The position numbers and the translations under genes are program-made. Below the pieces are notes generated by a model that was not told where the DNA came from, searched no databases, and worked only from the letters and a program-made list of their open reading frames with translations. Shown in pieces: positions 12,382-26,644 of a stretch of DNA of 64,000 bases (the first letter of the stretch is position 1; each line of letters begins with the position of its first letter). Origin of the DNA: Octopus vulgaris (Eukaryota); assembly GCA_951406725.2 (NCBI GenBank), contig OX597838.1:16368001-16432000 (forward strand), read 5' to 3'.

Positions 12382-13348
12382 AATAATAACAATAATAATA
12401 ATAATAATAGCAACAGGAAGAATTTGGAGGATGTGAACAGTGAGCAAAGATATAAGACAAATGGCTGAAGGAGATTAGAATAGAATGCCTCGTAGAACTC
12501 CTACAGAAAGTTTGTTTCTTAGGGTCAGCAAGGATTATCAGGAGGGTTCTTAGCACTGGAAAGACAACCCGGCTGAAACCGGCTCTGGTTCTGTAGTACA
12601 AATGTCTTGTTTTTGTAAGTTTTTAATTAAAATCTTCCACCAAACCTTAGTCACAATTTATGTTCCTAACACTAGCTTAATGATAACCAAGTTATTTTAC
12701 TAAATTCCTTGTTATATTTAACCCTTTTGATACCAACCTGGCTGACACTGCCTCTGGCTCTGTCGTACAAATGTCTTGTTTTTGTAAGTTTTGAATTAAA
12801 ATCTTCTACCAAACCTTAGTCACAATTTAGATTCCTAACACTAGCTTAATGATAACTAAGTTATTTTACTAAATTTATTGTTACATTTAAAGTAATTGAA
12901 AGAAACACAGAGCATCTCAAAATAAATGCAGTAATGAATGGGTTAAACATAAATGTTCAATTAGAACAAACTATACTGTGGTAGATACTACGAGACAACT
13001 CCTCATATTGGTTTTTAGTGCAAAATGATTTCGTTTATATTCCTAGCAGGGATTAGGTAGAATTTCAGATCACACTGTAATTATAATTGACAATTTTAGT
13101 GATCACTTTTCCATTATTGCATGGGTCAGATGGAATTCATTGCGATAGATTTCTCTATAGCCTGATGCTCTTCAAGTCACCAACCCTCGCCTGTTTCCAA
13201 GTAAGGTAATATTTCCCTATGACCAGATATGTTTTTACGGAAGACAGAAATTGAATGACAGTGCTTGTATGAGGGTGACACTCGTTTACAACTCTCATGC
13301 AAAGTCAAGACAAGGGGACATGACATACACACAGGGACACACTGATTT

Positions 13349-13443
13349 TTATATATATATATATATATATACATATATATACATACTTATACATATACAT
13401 ATGCATACATACATATACAAACATACATGCATATATACATACA

Positions 13444-13482
<39 letters not shown>

Positions 13483-13577
13483 GCATATACATATACATAT
13501 GCATACATACATATACATATGCATACATACATATACAAACATACATGCATATATACATACATGCATATATACATACA

Positions 13578-13628
<51 letters not shown>

Positions 13629-15425
13629 GCATATATATATATATATACATGCATATATATATACACATTCATGCATATATATATACACATTCATGCATAT
13701 ATATATATATATATACATGCATACATATATATATACATACATGCATATATACATATACATGCATACATATATATATACATACACATGCATACATATATAT
13801 ATACATACATACATATATATATACATACATATATATATACATACATGCATACATATATATATACATACATGCATACATATATATATATACATACATGCAT
13901 ATATACATACATGCATATATACATACATGCATACATGCATATATACATACATGCATACATACATATATACATACATGCATACATGCATTTATACATACAT
14001 GCATACATACATATATACATACATGCATACATACATATACATACATGCATACATACATATATATACATACATGCATACATACATATATATACATACATGC
14101 ATACATACATATATACACATACATGCATACATACATATATATACATACATGCATACATACATATATATACATACATGCATACATATATATATATACATAC
14201 ATGCATACATACATATATATACATACATGCATATATATATACATACATGCATATATACTTACATATATATACATACATGCATATATACATACATGCATAT
14301 ATACATACATATATACATACATGCATATATACATACATATATACATACATGCATATATACATACATATATACATACATGCCTATATACATACATATATAC
14401 ATACATGCCTATATACATACATATATACATACATGCCTATATACATACATATATACATACATACATATATACATACATGCATATATACATACATATATAC
14501 ATACATGCATATATACATACATATATACATACATATATACATGCATATATACATACATGCATATATACATACATGCATATATACATACATGCATATATAT
14601 ATATACATACATGCATATATATATATACATACATGCATATATATATATACATACATGCATATATATATATACATACATGCATATATATATATACATACAT
14701 GCATATATACATGCATACATGCATATATACATGCATACATGCATATATACATACATGCATATATACATACATGCATATATACATGCATATATACATGCTT
14801 ATATACATACATGCATATATACATACATGCATATATATATATACATACATGCATATATATATATACATACATGCATATATATATATACATACATGCATAT
14901 ATATATATACATACATGCATATATATATATACATACATGCATATATACATGCATACATGCATATATACATGCATACATGCATATATACATACATGCATAT
15001 ATACATACATGCATATATACATGCATATATACATGCTTATATACATACATGCTTATATACATACATGCATATATACATACATGCATATATACATACATGC
15101 ATATATACATGCATGCATATATACATGCATATATACATGCTTATATACATACATGCATATATACATACATGCATATATACATGCATATATACATGCATAT
15201 ATACATACATGCATATATACATACATGCATATATATACATACATGCATATATACATACATGCATATATACATACATACATGCATATACATACATATATAT
15301 ACATACATGCATATATATACATACATGCATATATATACATTCACATATATATACATACATGCATATATATATACATACATGCATATATATATACATTCAT
15401 GCATATATATACATTCACATATATA

Positions 15426-15457
<32 letters not shown>

Positions 15458-15844
15458 CATATATATACATACATACATATATATACATTCACACATATAT
15501 ATACATTCACATATATATATATATATATACATACATATACATACATACATATATATACATAAATACATATACATACATATACATACATACATATATATAC
15601 ATAAATACATATACATACATACATATATATACATAAATACATATATATACATAAATACATATATATACATAAATACATATATATACATATATATATATAC
15701 ATAAATACATATAAATATATATATATATATGTACATATAAATATATATATATATATACATATATATACATAAATACATATATATACATATAAATATATAT
15801 ATATACATATAAATATATACATACATATATATACATGCATATAC

Positions 15845-15920
<76 letters not shown>
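13349..15920. repeat. ~2.5-kb compound (TA)/(CATA)/(TGCA) satellite ending in (GA)n
   Basis: Direct reading; source of the 700-800 aa artefactual ORFs. Confidence 0.95.
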
Positions 15921-15928
<8 letters not shown>

Positions 15929-16100
15929 AAACAACAAAAGACAAAGACAAGTAGACAAAACAAACAGATGTATTAGTTTAATGCTCGGGAAGTGAAAAAG
16001 TCTTTAACGTTTCGAGCCTACGCTCTTCCACAGAAAGGAACACAGAAAGAAACAATGGGAGAAAATAAAGGGCATGTAGCGGCTAGCGATCTATCACGGC
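15915..16100 (-). mobile_element. Penelope-like pLTR fragment with degenerate HHR-like motif (family H5)
   Basis: Minus strand CTTT-CTGTGGA-A-GAGC gtag GCTC-GAAAC-GTT-AAAG; homologous to 26645-26840 and 57352-57535. Confidence 0.5.
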
Positions 16101-16946
16101 AAATGGTGTTGTATACCTAGATATAACACAACAGGCTAATTTCAATTTCCACCCACCTAATCCACTAACAAAACTTTGGTCGGCATAGGGTTACGATAAA
16201 AGACACTTACCCAAGATGCCCTGTAATGAGACTGAACTTGGAAAAACATGTAACTGGGAAGCAAATATCGTAACCATACAGCTATACTTGTGCCAATATA
16301 TCCGTATAAACTTAAGACTTCCAACCAAATTTATGGTCTTTTATATGAAAAAAAAAAAGAAAGAGGTAACTTCCTGAAAGAGGAGAAATTGATTTGACGA
16401 AAAGTAGGATAATCAATTCACAAGAATTATTCCCTGAACTTTGGACATCATTAGCAGAGGGACATGTTTCAGATGACCTGCACAAAGTAGTGACAAGATT
16501 GCTAACATGAGTGATGTTACATTACATTTTTTTTTTTTTTTAATGTTTAAACATCTTTGTCAACAAAAATGACCTTTGGTTAAAAACATTTTGTAAACAA
16601 AGTAAATATTTTTTTTTACTTATTTTTTTTTTCTCTCTCTTTCCATTTCTGCATAAATTCATTCATTCATTCATTCATTCATTCATTCATTCTTTCAGAT
16701 GTTTATTCATCCCTTAACTCTTTTGTTACCACATTTCTGCTTAACATATGCTGCCTTTATTTCAATTCATTTTTAAAATAATGAAGTGTTTAGTAAAATA
16801 ACTTTCTAATTATGAAGCTGGGGTCTGGAATAATTTAGCATAAATTTTGATGGAAGATTATAAGATTATAATTTATACCATTCTAAAACAGTAGTAAGTT
16901 AGTCATAGAACTTGGAGCAGTCTCAGGTGGGTTGGTATTTAAAGAG

Positions 16947-17178
16947 CTAGGCGGTGAGCTGGCAGAATCGTTAGCATGCCGGGCGAAATGCTCAGCGGTA
17001 TTTCGTCTGCCACTACGTTCTGAGTTCAACTTCCGCCGAAGTTGACCTTGCCTTTCATCCATTCGGAGTCGATTAAATAAGTACCAGTTATGCACTGGGG
17101 TTGATATAATCTACTTAATCCGTTTGTCTGTCCGTGTTTGTCCTGTGTGTTTAGCCCCTTGTGGGTAGTAAAGAAATA
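16947..17178 (+). mobile_element. SINE family S1
   Basis: Full head and tail; 13-bp TSD GGTATTTAAAGAG. Confidence 0.85.
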
Positions 17179-17839
17179 GGTATTTAAAGAGTTAACCAAT
17201 TTTACTGTTCATCAAGGTCTTCTTTCCAACTACCCTCTGTCATCTTTATATATGGCAGACTAGCCACGTACCTCCTTTACAGCAAGACACCTCTATCCTA
17301 CATTAATTTCTCAACATCTGCCATAGAGCCATTTCATCCTCTTCTCCAACCAAACTCAGTACTGGGGTCTTTTTCTTTGTCCAGTGAGTTCCATGCACCC
17401 ATACACATACACATGTACATGCATACACATGCATGCACTTACACATGCACACACACACCCATTACACATGCACATTAGTGTCAGTGTCATGAAAAAAGCA
17501 CTCAATACATTCTGTAAAGTGTTTGGCATTAGGGAGGGAGGGCATCCCTCTATAAACCATACCAAAGCAAACACCGGAGCTGAACACAGTCCTCAGGCTT
17601 GTTGGATCTTGTCCAACTAACCAACCCCTACCAACATGGAAGACAGACATTAAATGGTGATGACGACGATGATGACGACAATGATGACGCAAGTGTTTCT
17701 TCAAGACTAACAAGATAACAGCAAAAAATTCAATTTAATTCTTAACTTCATTCATTAAATATTCCTTTTTTAAATTTGAAAATTTATTCCTTCAAGAGAG
17801 TTGCAGCTGACGAACACAATGAGGAACAAGCTGACTCAC

Positions 17840-17859
17840 CACAGGGATTAATGCATTGG
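17840..17859 (-). other. Candidate 20-nt microexon
   Basis: Minus strand: TACTAAC branch point (17921-17927), pyrimidine tract, TTGCTTCTTTCAG|CCAATGCATTAATCCCTGTG|GTGAGT. Confidence 0.45.
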
Positions 17860-18749
17860 CTGAAAGAAGCAAGCTGAGTAGCCATCCCGGTGAGGGGGGG
17901 GGGGGAAGAAGCAGTCAACAGTTAGTAACAAGTCACCAGTTCTTGGTTTACCAGTTTCTTGACAAACTAGCTTAACCCTTTCGTTACCAACCCAGCCAAA
18001 ACCAGCTCTGGCTCTGTAGTACAAATGTCCTGTTTTCAAAAGTTTGGAATTAAAATCTTCCACCAAACCTTAGTCACAATTTATATTCCTAATACTAGCT
18101 TAACCCTTTCATTACCAACCCGGCTGAAACTGGCTCTGGCTCTTTAGTACGAATGTCTTGTTTTCAAAAGTTTTGAATTAAAATCTTCCACCAAACCTTA
18201 GTCACAATTTATGTTCCTAACACCAACTGAATGGTAACCAAATTATTTTACTAAATTCTTTGTTATATGTAAAATTAATTGAAAGAAACACAAAGCATCT
18301 CAAAATAAATACAGTAACGAAAGGGTTAGCCCTTTAGCTTTGAAATTTCAATGATGTGATTTCATATTTTATGAATGACATTGCAGGATAAGTGCAAGAG
18401 TTCAAACCTGGTCAGTTTGAATATAAAACAGGCAGAATATTTGGGCCAGATACAGCTGGTTGATTATGTGACTATATATATTTTGAACTCACATTGTGAG
18501 AGGCAGGATCTGGCCAGATTGAACATGAAAGTGGAAGAATATTTTAGTCAGATATGGCCAATTTAAATGTTAAATGGTTGAAAAATCATATTGTAGTTTT
18601 ATAATTAACCCTTTAGCATTTAAACTGGTTATATCCAGCCAAAATATTCAACCAGTTTTATGTTCAAAACTGACCATATCCAGCCTCTTATATTTACACT
18701 ATAATGTCATTCTAAAAATAAACAATCGTGACATCAAAATGATGACAGC

Positions 18750-19018
18750 GCCACCTGACTGGCGTCCATGTCGGTGACACGTAAAAAGCACCAACCGATC
18801 GTGGCCGTTTGCCAGCCTCCTCTGGCCCCTGTGCTGGTGGCACATAAAAAGCACCAATCCACTACACTTAGGGAGTGGTTAGTGTTGGGAAGGGCATCCA
18901 GCTGTAGAAACACTGCCAGATCAGACTGGAGCCTGGCGCAGCCTCATGGCTTCCCAGACCCTGGTCGAACTGTCCAACCCATGCTAGCATGGAAAACGGA
19001 TGTTAAACGATGATGATG
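18750..19018 (+). mobile_element. RTE-LINE 3' end (family R)
   Basis: Same motif and (GAT)n tail as other family R copies. Confidence 0.8.
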
Positions 19019-20571
19019 AAGTTGAGAACCACTAATTTAGATCATTTTAAAACAAGATGGTTTCTATCATAGAACTTGGAAGTGGGGTGAGCTCAGGCAG
19101 GCTGGTAGCAAAAGGGGTAAGTGTTCTGAGTTGCTAAATCTATGCCATAGCTATGTTCAAACAGATTAACTGACCGACAAAGTATACAACTTCTGGGTAA
19201 CAAGCTTTTTGCTTTAGTTTTTATTCTTTGCTTTTTGAAATAAAGAAGAAAAAAATCATTGTCTGAAAGGTTTATATAATATTTTAATGGCAAATATGAC
19301 ACTGAACTTTCATACTTTGACCTTGTAACTAATTTTTATACCCTAGAAATTTGATTCATTCTAGTTATTTAATATTCTAATCAGATGGCATTGTTAATTT
19401 TCTAGAAATAAACAGAGAATAAAAAAATCAGTGCATGAGAAAGTGAGACAGACGGACAGACAGATTGACAGACAGAAAGAGAATGTATGTGTGCATGTGT
19501 GGGTGTGATGCATACATACTCCCACATGATAAGACCAAAAATTGGGAATTTGTGTTACTGAGTTCAATTTTTATGGAACCAGGTTAGTAAAACATTTTGA
19601 AGAATAAGTGATAGCAGGTCAAGGCAACAAAAGTATTGATATAAAATGGGTGAGTTAACAATAAAGAGTAAAGACCCATTTCAGTCATGAATGACCATGG
19701 GATTGCACCTAGAAAGTTCTCCTCCAAGGCACAAGTCTATTCTTATTCTAGCAGCTATGCTCTCAGAGAATCCACCCCTACTACTGACTTGGTCACCTAG
19801 GTAATGGAAGCTACTACTACTACTAGTTCTAGTTTTTTCCCCTGGCATGTAATAGAATCTATTTTCTGTACATTATGTGCATGTGTGTGTGTGTGCATTA
19901 TAAGTATGACAAGCGTCTTTCAGTTTCCATCTACTAAATCCACTCACAAGTCTTTGGTCAGTCCAATGTTATAGTCAAAGGCACTTGCCCAAGGTGCCCC
20001 ACAGTGGGACTGAAACTGAAGCTTTTTACCACACAGCCTTGCCTGCACCTATGAAATTAAGAATTTATTAACATAACTTTGTCATTATTCATTAAGCTGG
20101 TGTTTGGAAGGGTTTAATTTAGATAATTTAAAACAGGAAGTTTGCATCATAGACCCAAGGGTGACCTCATCATGTTGGTTGGTATCAAAAGGATTAATTA
20201 ATTACTCAGGAAACATTTAGATATACAATCCTAACTGTTCTAGGATACATTTAATTCAATTATATGTAGTTGAACATCTTCAGGTTTCTTCAAATTGCTT
20301 CCAAGTAAAATGGGCGTCTGGAATCTTTAGAATACCTCCTTAACATTTTTTTTTAATTCTAAATTCCAACCAATTTTTCTTTCAGTGAAGAAAGAAATGT
20401 ACTTTTGGCATTATCATTATGTAAATGCCCCATAATTTAGTAATGTAAATCTCTGCTTGCTAAGCTAATATCAATAACAGAAAATACACTCACTGCAATA
20501 AATACACAAGGATCCTTCATGTGTAGGGATCTTCATTGTGCTTCAGTTGACAGTATCTTAAATTATAATCC

Positions 20572-22056
20572 TACATAAAGGAGGTAGCAGAGCAGAGGCC
20601 AGGAATTACAGACCTATCTCTCTGACCCCGCACATCAGCAAGGTCATGGAACAAATAGTCAGAAGGAAACTAATCACCTTCCTTGAAGAAAATGGTTTGC
20701 TGCCTGACACCCAACATGGTTTCCGACCAGGATGAAGTTGCCTGACTCAGCTCTTACAACACTACGACTGGGTGCTGAAACAGCTGCTCAACAACTCAAA
20801 TGTGGAAGTCATATATCTCAACTTTGCAAAGGCTTTTGATAAAGTCGATCATGAAATGATATGTCACAAACTGCGTGATCTCGGCATAGTTGGAAAATTG
20901 AGAGAATGGCTTCATGACTTTATGAAGGATAGAAGTCAAGTGGTAGTAGCCAATGGGGCCACCTCCAATGACATGCAAATAGTGAGCGGTGTTCCGCAAG
21001 GCACTGTTTTGGGACCACTACTATTCATAATGGCCCTCTCAAACATGCCTTCAGCCACACAGAGAGCCACAATCACAAGTTATGCAGATGATACAAAAGT
21101 CTCACAGGTAATACAGAACCCTGAAGACACTGTACCTGCAATGTGAGTTGGATGAAATATACAATTGGGCTGAAAAGAATAGCATGCAGTTTAATGCTGA
21201 AAACTTTCAAGCCTTGTGCTATCAGCATGCAAAACTAAATTCAATACCCATTAAATACACTGGACCTGGAGGGATTGCAATCCCAGAGGTACAGTCAGCG
21301 TGAGACCTGGGCATTTACGTGAGTAATGATGCATCCTTCCATGTGCATGTTGCTAAATTGGCAATGAAATGCAGGCAGCTGACTGGATGGATTCTTAGAA
21401 CTTTTAGAACAAGAAATCAGGAAACCATGATGGTCCTCTGGAGGACACTTGTCCTAAGCCACTTTGACTATTGCTCTCAGCTATGGTCACCATCCAGTGT
21501 CAAGTTAATCACAGAACTTGAGGCGATCCAACAAAGCTACACGAAGAAGATAGCCTCTGTGCAGCATATACACTACTGGGAAAGACTCAAGAGATTAAGA
21601 CTCTATTCCTTAGAGTGTAAGCGAGAAAGATATACCATAATATACATCTAGAAGATCCTGGAAGGACTTGTCCCAAACTTTGGCATCGAGAGTTACACAA
21701 GTACTAGAACTGGGCGCCACTGCATAGTGCCAAGGACTCCAAATTTGCCATCAAGATATAGGATAAGATACTGCAATAGCCTGAGCTTCAGAGGTCCATA
21801 GCTTTTAAATACCCCCCCAAAGACCTGAGAGAACTGCATGGGGTGGATGTAGGTGTCGTCAAAATAAAGCTGGACCTCTTACTGTCAAGTGTCCCAGATG
21901 AGCCAACTTCGCGGCAGGAGGTGCAGATGAGGGCACCAGTATGAAAGTCCCTCATGCAGCAAATGTCAATTCCTAAAAATAATTCACAAAGTAAAATTAT
22001 GTAGCAACACCAAGTGGTGGTGCCCCAGCAAGGCCACAGCTCGTGAGCTGAAACAA
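20572..22056 (+). pseudogene. 5'-truncated CR1-clade LINE (reverse transcriptase, stops and frameshifts)
   Basis: NYRPISLT, QHGFRPG, FAKAFDKVDH, SGVPQGTVLGPLLF and YADDTK motifs, C-terminal DYCSQLWSP; ends in a stem-loop then (TA)n. Confidence 0.92.
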
Positions 22057-22057
22057 G

Positions 22058-22108
<51 letters not shown>

Positions 22109-22280
22109 TGTATATGTATATACACATATATATATATATACATATATACATATATATACATATATAATATACACATATGTATATACACATATATGTATAT
22201 ATACATACATACATATACATACATATATATACACATATGAATATGTATATACACATATATGTATATATACATACATACAT

Positions 22281-22313
<33 letters not shown>

Positions 22314-22509
22314 CATACATATGTATATATATATAAATAATATATATATATACATATATACATATACATATATACACATATGTATATATATATAAATAAT
22401 ATATATATATATACATATATACATATACATATATACACATATGTATATGTATATAAATAATATATATATATATACATATATACATATATATATACACATA
22501 TGTATATGT

Positions 22510-22540
<31 letters not shown>

Positions 22541-22543
22541 TAC

Positions 22544-22586
<43 letters not shown>

Positions 22587-22637
22587 CATATATGTATATA
22601 TACATATATACATATACATACATATATATATATACAT

Positions 22638-22720
<83 letters not shown>

Positions 22721-22785
22721 TATATATATACATATATACATATACATACATATATATATATACATATACATACATATATATATAT

Positions 22786-22832
<47 letters not shown>

Positions 22833-22879
22833 CATATATATGTATAAATATGTATATATATATATATAAATAACGTGTG

Positions 22880-22925
<46 letters not shown>

Positions 22926-23068
22926 TGCTCCAGCACGACCATAGATGCACAGCTGAAAAGAGTATATTTACATATGTAAAAATATGTGTGTAAAAATATA
23001 TATACATGTAAAGATATATATATAAGTGTATATATGTATATACAGTATATATACATATATATACACAG

Positions 23069-23118
<50 letters not shown>

Positions 23119-23200
23119 CACACACAGTATATACATATATATGCAGTATGTATATATATATATGTGTGTGTGTAAAATATATATATATATATACATGTAT
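22058..23200. repeat. (TA)/(CATA) compound microsatellite
   Basis: Direct reading; contains a ~40-bp LINE/SINE 3'-end fragment at 22921-22962. Confidence 0.95.
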
Positions 23201-23589
23201 AAATAAATTAATATGTGTCTGTGTATATGTATTTAAAGATTAGGCTTAGGATTGTAATCCACTTCAGCTAGTCTATTAAAATCAGATAATTATTTGATCA
23301 TTTTAATTATCAAAAAGAAAGGCTTTAAAAAAAACGTTTCAACAATGGATACGGACAACACTGTACGTTTCAGAAATTCTAGTTCAGTCCAGCTGCATAG
23401 AATTTTGGGAAAATGTCTTCAAATGTGTGTGTGTACACATATATAGACACATCTGTAGACAGAATTTTTTATATAATATATTTATTTATGTCATATGTCA
23501 TATGTATATATTATATTCATATATATATATATTGTGTATATAATACACATCAAATATATATTGTAATACATATATGTATAATATACAAG

Positions 23590-23620
<31 letters not shown>

Positions 23621-23942
23621 ATATAAATATATATATATATGTATATATCATTTATATATATTGTCTGTGTTTATATATATGCATACATATATACAAACAC
23701 ACACTCTCAAATTCATATATATATATACACACACTCACAAATATACCTATATACATATACACACACACACACACGCTTATATCTATCTACACACACATGT
23801 ATATATACATATCATCAATATATAAATAAACACACGCACACATATATAGAGAGAGATACATACATATATATATACATACACGTGTGTGTGCATATATAAA
23901 TACACATATAAATACACAACATTCACACACACACACACACTA

Positions 23943-23979
<37 letters not shown>

Positions 23980-24382
23980 AACTTTATAACATCTGTGGGT
24001 GTGTGCCTATGCCTATTGTTCATCTTTCTCTCTCGCTCTTTCGTGTGTGTGTGATTTACGTAGCATGACAGATACACATATACGACTTCCCACTCAAAAA
24101 GTTATCACATGACGAGAGCATGATCACAGGTCGGACAAGATGAACCTGCACAACGACAGTCGGCACTTTAGTCCCCCACCCCATCCACCCACCCCTCTCC
24201 ATCTCTCTCTCACACACACACACAAACAAACACACGTAAAGACAAATACACACACAGTGGTACTGACTTCACAGTTCTGCAAGACCACGAAATAACAACA
24301 GCCACCACCCACATTATTCTCGTGTCCCATATGGTAATATGAACATCACACGAAAGCAACAGTATTCCACATCCTATATATA

Positions 24383-24660
24383 CTCTTTACTCTCTCTTTT
24401 ACTTGTTTCATTCATTTGACTGCGGCCATGCTGGAGCACCGCCTTTTAATCGAGCAAATCGACCCCCGGGACTTATTCTTTTTGTAAGCCCACTACTTAT
24501 TCTATCGGTCTCTTTTTGCCGAACCGCTAAGTTACGGGGACGTGAACACACCAGCATCGGTTGTCAAGCAATGCTAGGGGGACAAACACAGACACACAAA
24601 CACACACACACATATGCCTTGTGAGTGGATTTGGTAGACGGAAACTGAAAGAAGCCTGTC

Positions 24661-24665
<5 letters not shown>
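24383..24665 (-). mobile_element. SINE S2 with inverted 5' segment
   Basis: 3' half on minus (to ~24612), adjacent S2 segment on plus (24616-24665). Confidence 0.7.
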
Positions 24666-24705
<40 letters not shown>

Positions 24706-24711
24706 CACATA

Positions 24712-25452
24712 TGATGGTGGCACATAAAAAGCATCAGTAATGGTGGCACATAAAAAAGCACCTGTAATGGTGGCACATAAAAAGCACCGGTAATGGTGGC
24801 ACATAAAAAGCACCAATGATGGTGGCACATAAAAACCACTGGTAATGGTGGCACATAAAAAGCACCGGTAAAGGTGGCACATAAAAAGCACCGGTAAAGG
24901 TGGCACATAAAAAGCACCGGTAATGGTGGCACATAAAAGGCACCGGTAATGGTGGCACATAAAAAGCACCGGTGATGGTGGCACATAAAAAGCACTAGTG
25001 ATGGTGGCACATAAAAAGCACTGGTGATGGTGGCACATAAAAAGCACTGCTGATGGTGGCACATAAAAAGCACTGGTGATGGTGGCACATAAAAAGCACT
25101 GCTGATGGTGACACATACCTTTTTCTTTATTACCCACAAGGGGCTAAACACAGAGCGGACAAACAAGGACAGACATAGGCATTAAGTCGATTACATCGAC
25201 CCCCAATACGTAACTGGCACTTATTTAATCGACCCCGAAAAGATGAAAGGCAAAGTTGACCTCGGCGGAATTTGAACTCAGAACGTAGCTGCAGACAAAA
25301 TACCGCTAAGCATTTCGCCCGGAGTGCTAACGATTCTGCCAGCTCGCCGCCATAGTAACATAAAAAGCACCGGTAATGGTGGCACATAAAAAGCACCGGT
25401 AATGATGGCACATAAAAAGCACCGGTGATGGTGGCACATAAAAAGCACTGGT
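24712..25452 (+). repeat. 26-bp minisatellite derived from the family R 3' UTR, interrupted by SINE S1
   Basis: Unit ATGGTGGCACATAAAAAGCACCGGTA, ~15 copies then ~4 copies; continues into a family R tail at 25460-25610. Confidence 0.9.
25120..25350 (-). mobile_element. SINE family S1
   Basis: Full-length homology to 16947-17178. Confidence 0.85.
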
Positions 25453-26221
25453 GCCATGTAAAAAAAAAAGCACCCAGTACACTATAAAATGAGCATCCAG
25501 CTGTAGAAACCGAGCCGAAACAGATTATGGAACTGGTGCAGCACCTGGCCTAGTTCCCATCTGGCCATCCAAGCCATGCCAGCATGGAAAACAGATGTCA
25601 AATGATAATGACATGTAAATATGTGTGTGTGTATATGTATGCATGTATAATTATATATATATGTTTGTGAAAGCTTTGTATCTCTGCTGTAAGGCTTCAT
25701 TTCCGTACAAGCCAGCTGAATTCAATTCATCCCCACTCGAAAGACACCTGTTGTTATGTCCTGTTATTATTATTATTTTTATTGTATTTTGTATTTATAT
25801 TTGTGTAACATCGTCTGTTTTTCCGTCCTTGTTTTCGTATACATTCGATGCTTTCTTCCAAGGAATCTAATGCTCTTAGCTTAGTTTTTCCTTGGGGCTG
25901 GCCAGATTGGAGCAATCTCAAGATTAATCAACTGAAATTGCGAGGATGATCCGGTTCTTGACTGAGGATAGAAAACTTCAAATGATCCGTCCTTGTTTCT
26001 TTTGTTTTTGTATCGTCTATTTGGATGTTTTGTTGTCCCTTTTTGTATCACCTAGTTGTCTGGATGTTTTGCATTCTTGTCCCATTTTGTATTTTATATA
26101 TACATACACACACATATGTACATATATATACATATACACACACATATGTACATGCACACACATACATACATACACACACACACATGTACATATATATACA
26201 CGCATACATACACGTGTGTAC

Positions 26222-26253
<32 letters not shown>

Positions 26254-26487
26254 GTATACATATATACATACACATGTATATATATATGTGCATACATACA
26301 CATGTATATATATATATATGTAAACGTAAAAAAATATATACAAACTGGGACAAGAACGTGAAACATTTAGAAGACGACACAAAAAACACAGACGGGACAT
26401 TCAAAGCCCTCAATCATCAGTCAAGAACCGGATCATCTTCGCAATTCCGGCTGATTAATCTTGATATATATACATACATACACACAC

Positions 26488-26526
<39 letters not shown>

Positions 26527-26557
26527 CATGTGTATATATATATATATATACATACAC

Positions 26558-26598
<41 letters not shown>

Positions 26599-26606
26599 CA
26601 CATGTG

Positions 26607-26640
<34 letters not shown>

Positions 26641-26644
26641 CATG

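Noticed and set aside
13251-15704. 817, 711 and 705-aa ORFs and similar Y/I/H/M-rich ORFs at 21788-23196 and 49560-50538
   Set aside because: Translations of TA/CA microsatellites that lack stop codons by composition
20772-21651. Functional reverse transcriptase gene
   Set aside because: 5'-truncated with in-frame stops and frameshifts
24712-25116. CRISPR-like 26-bp repeats
   Set aside because: No spacers; unit derives from the LINE 3' UTR
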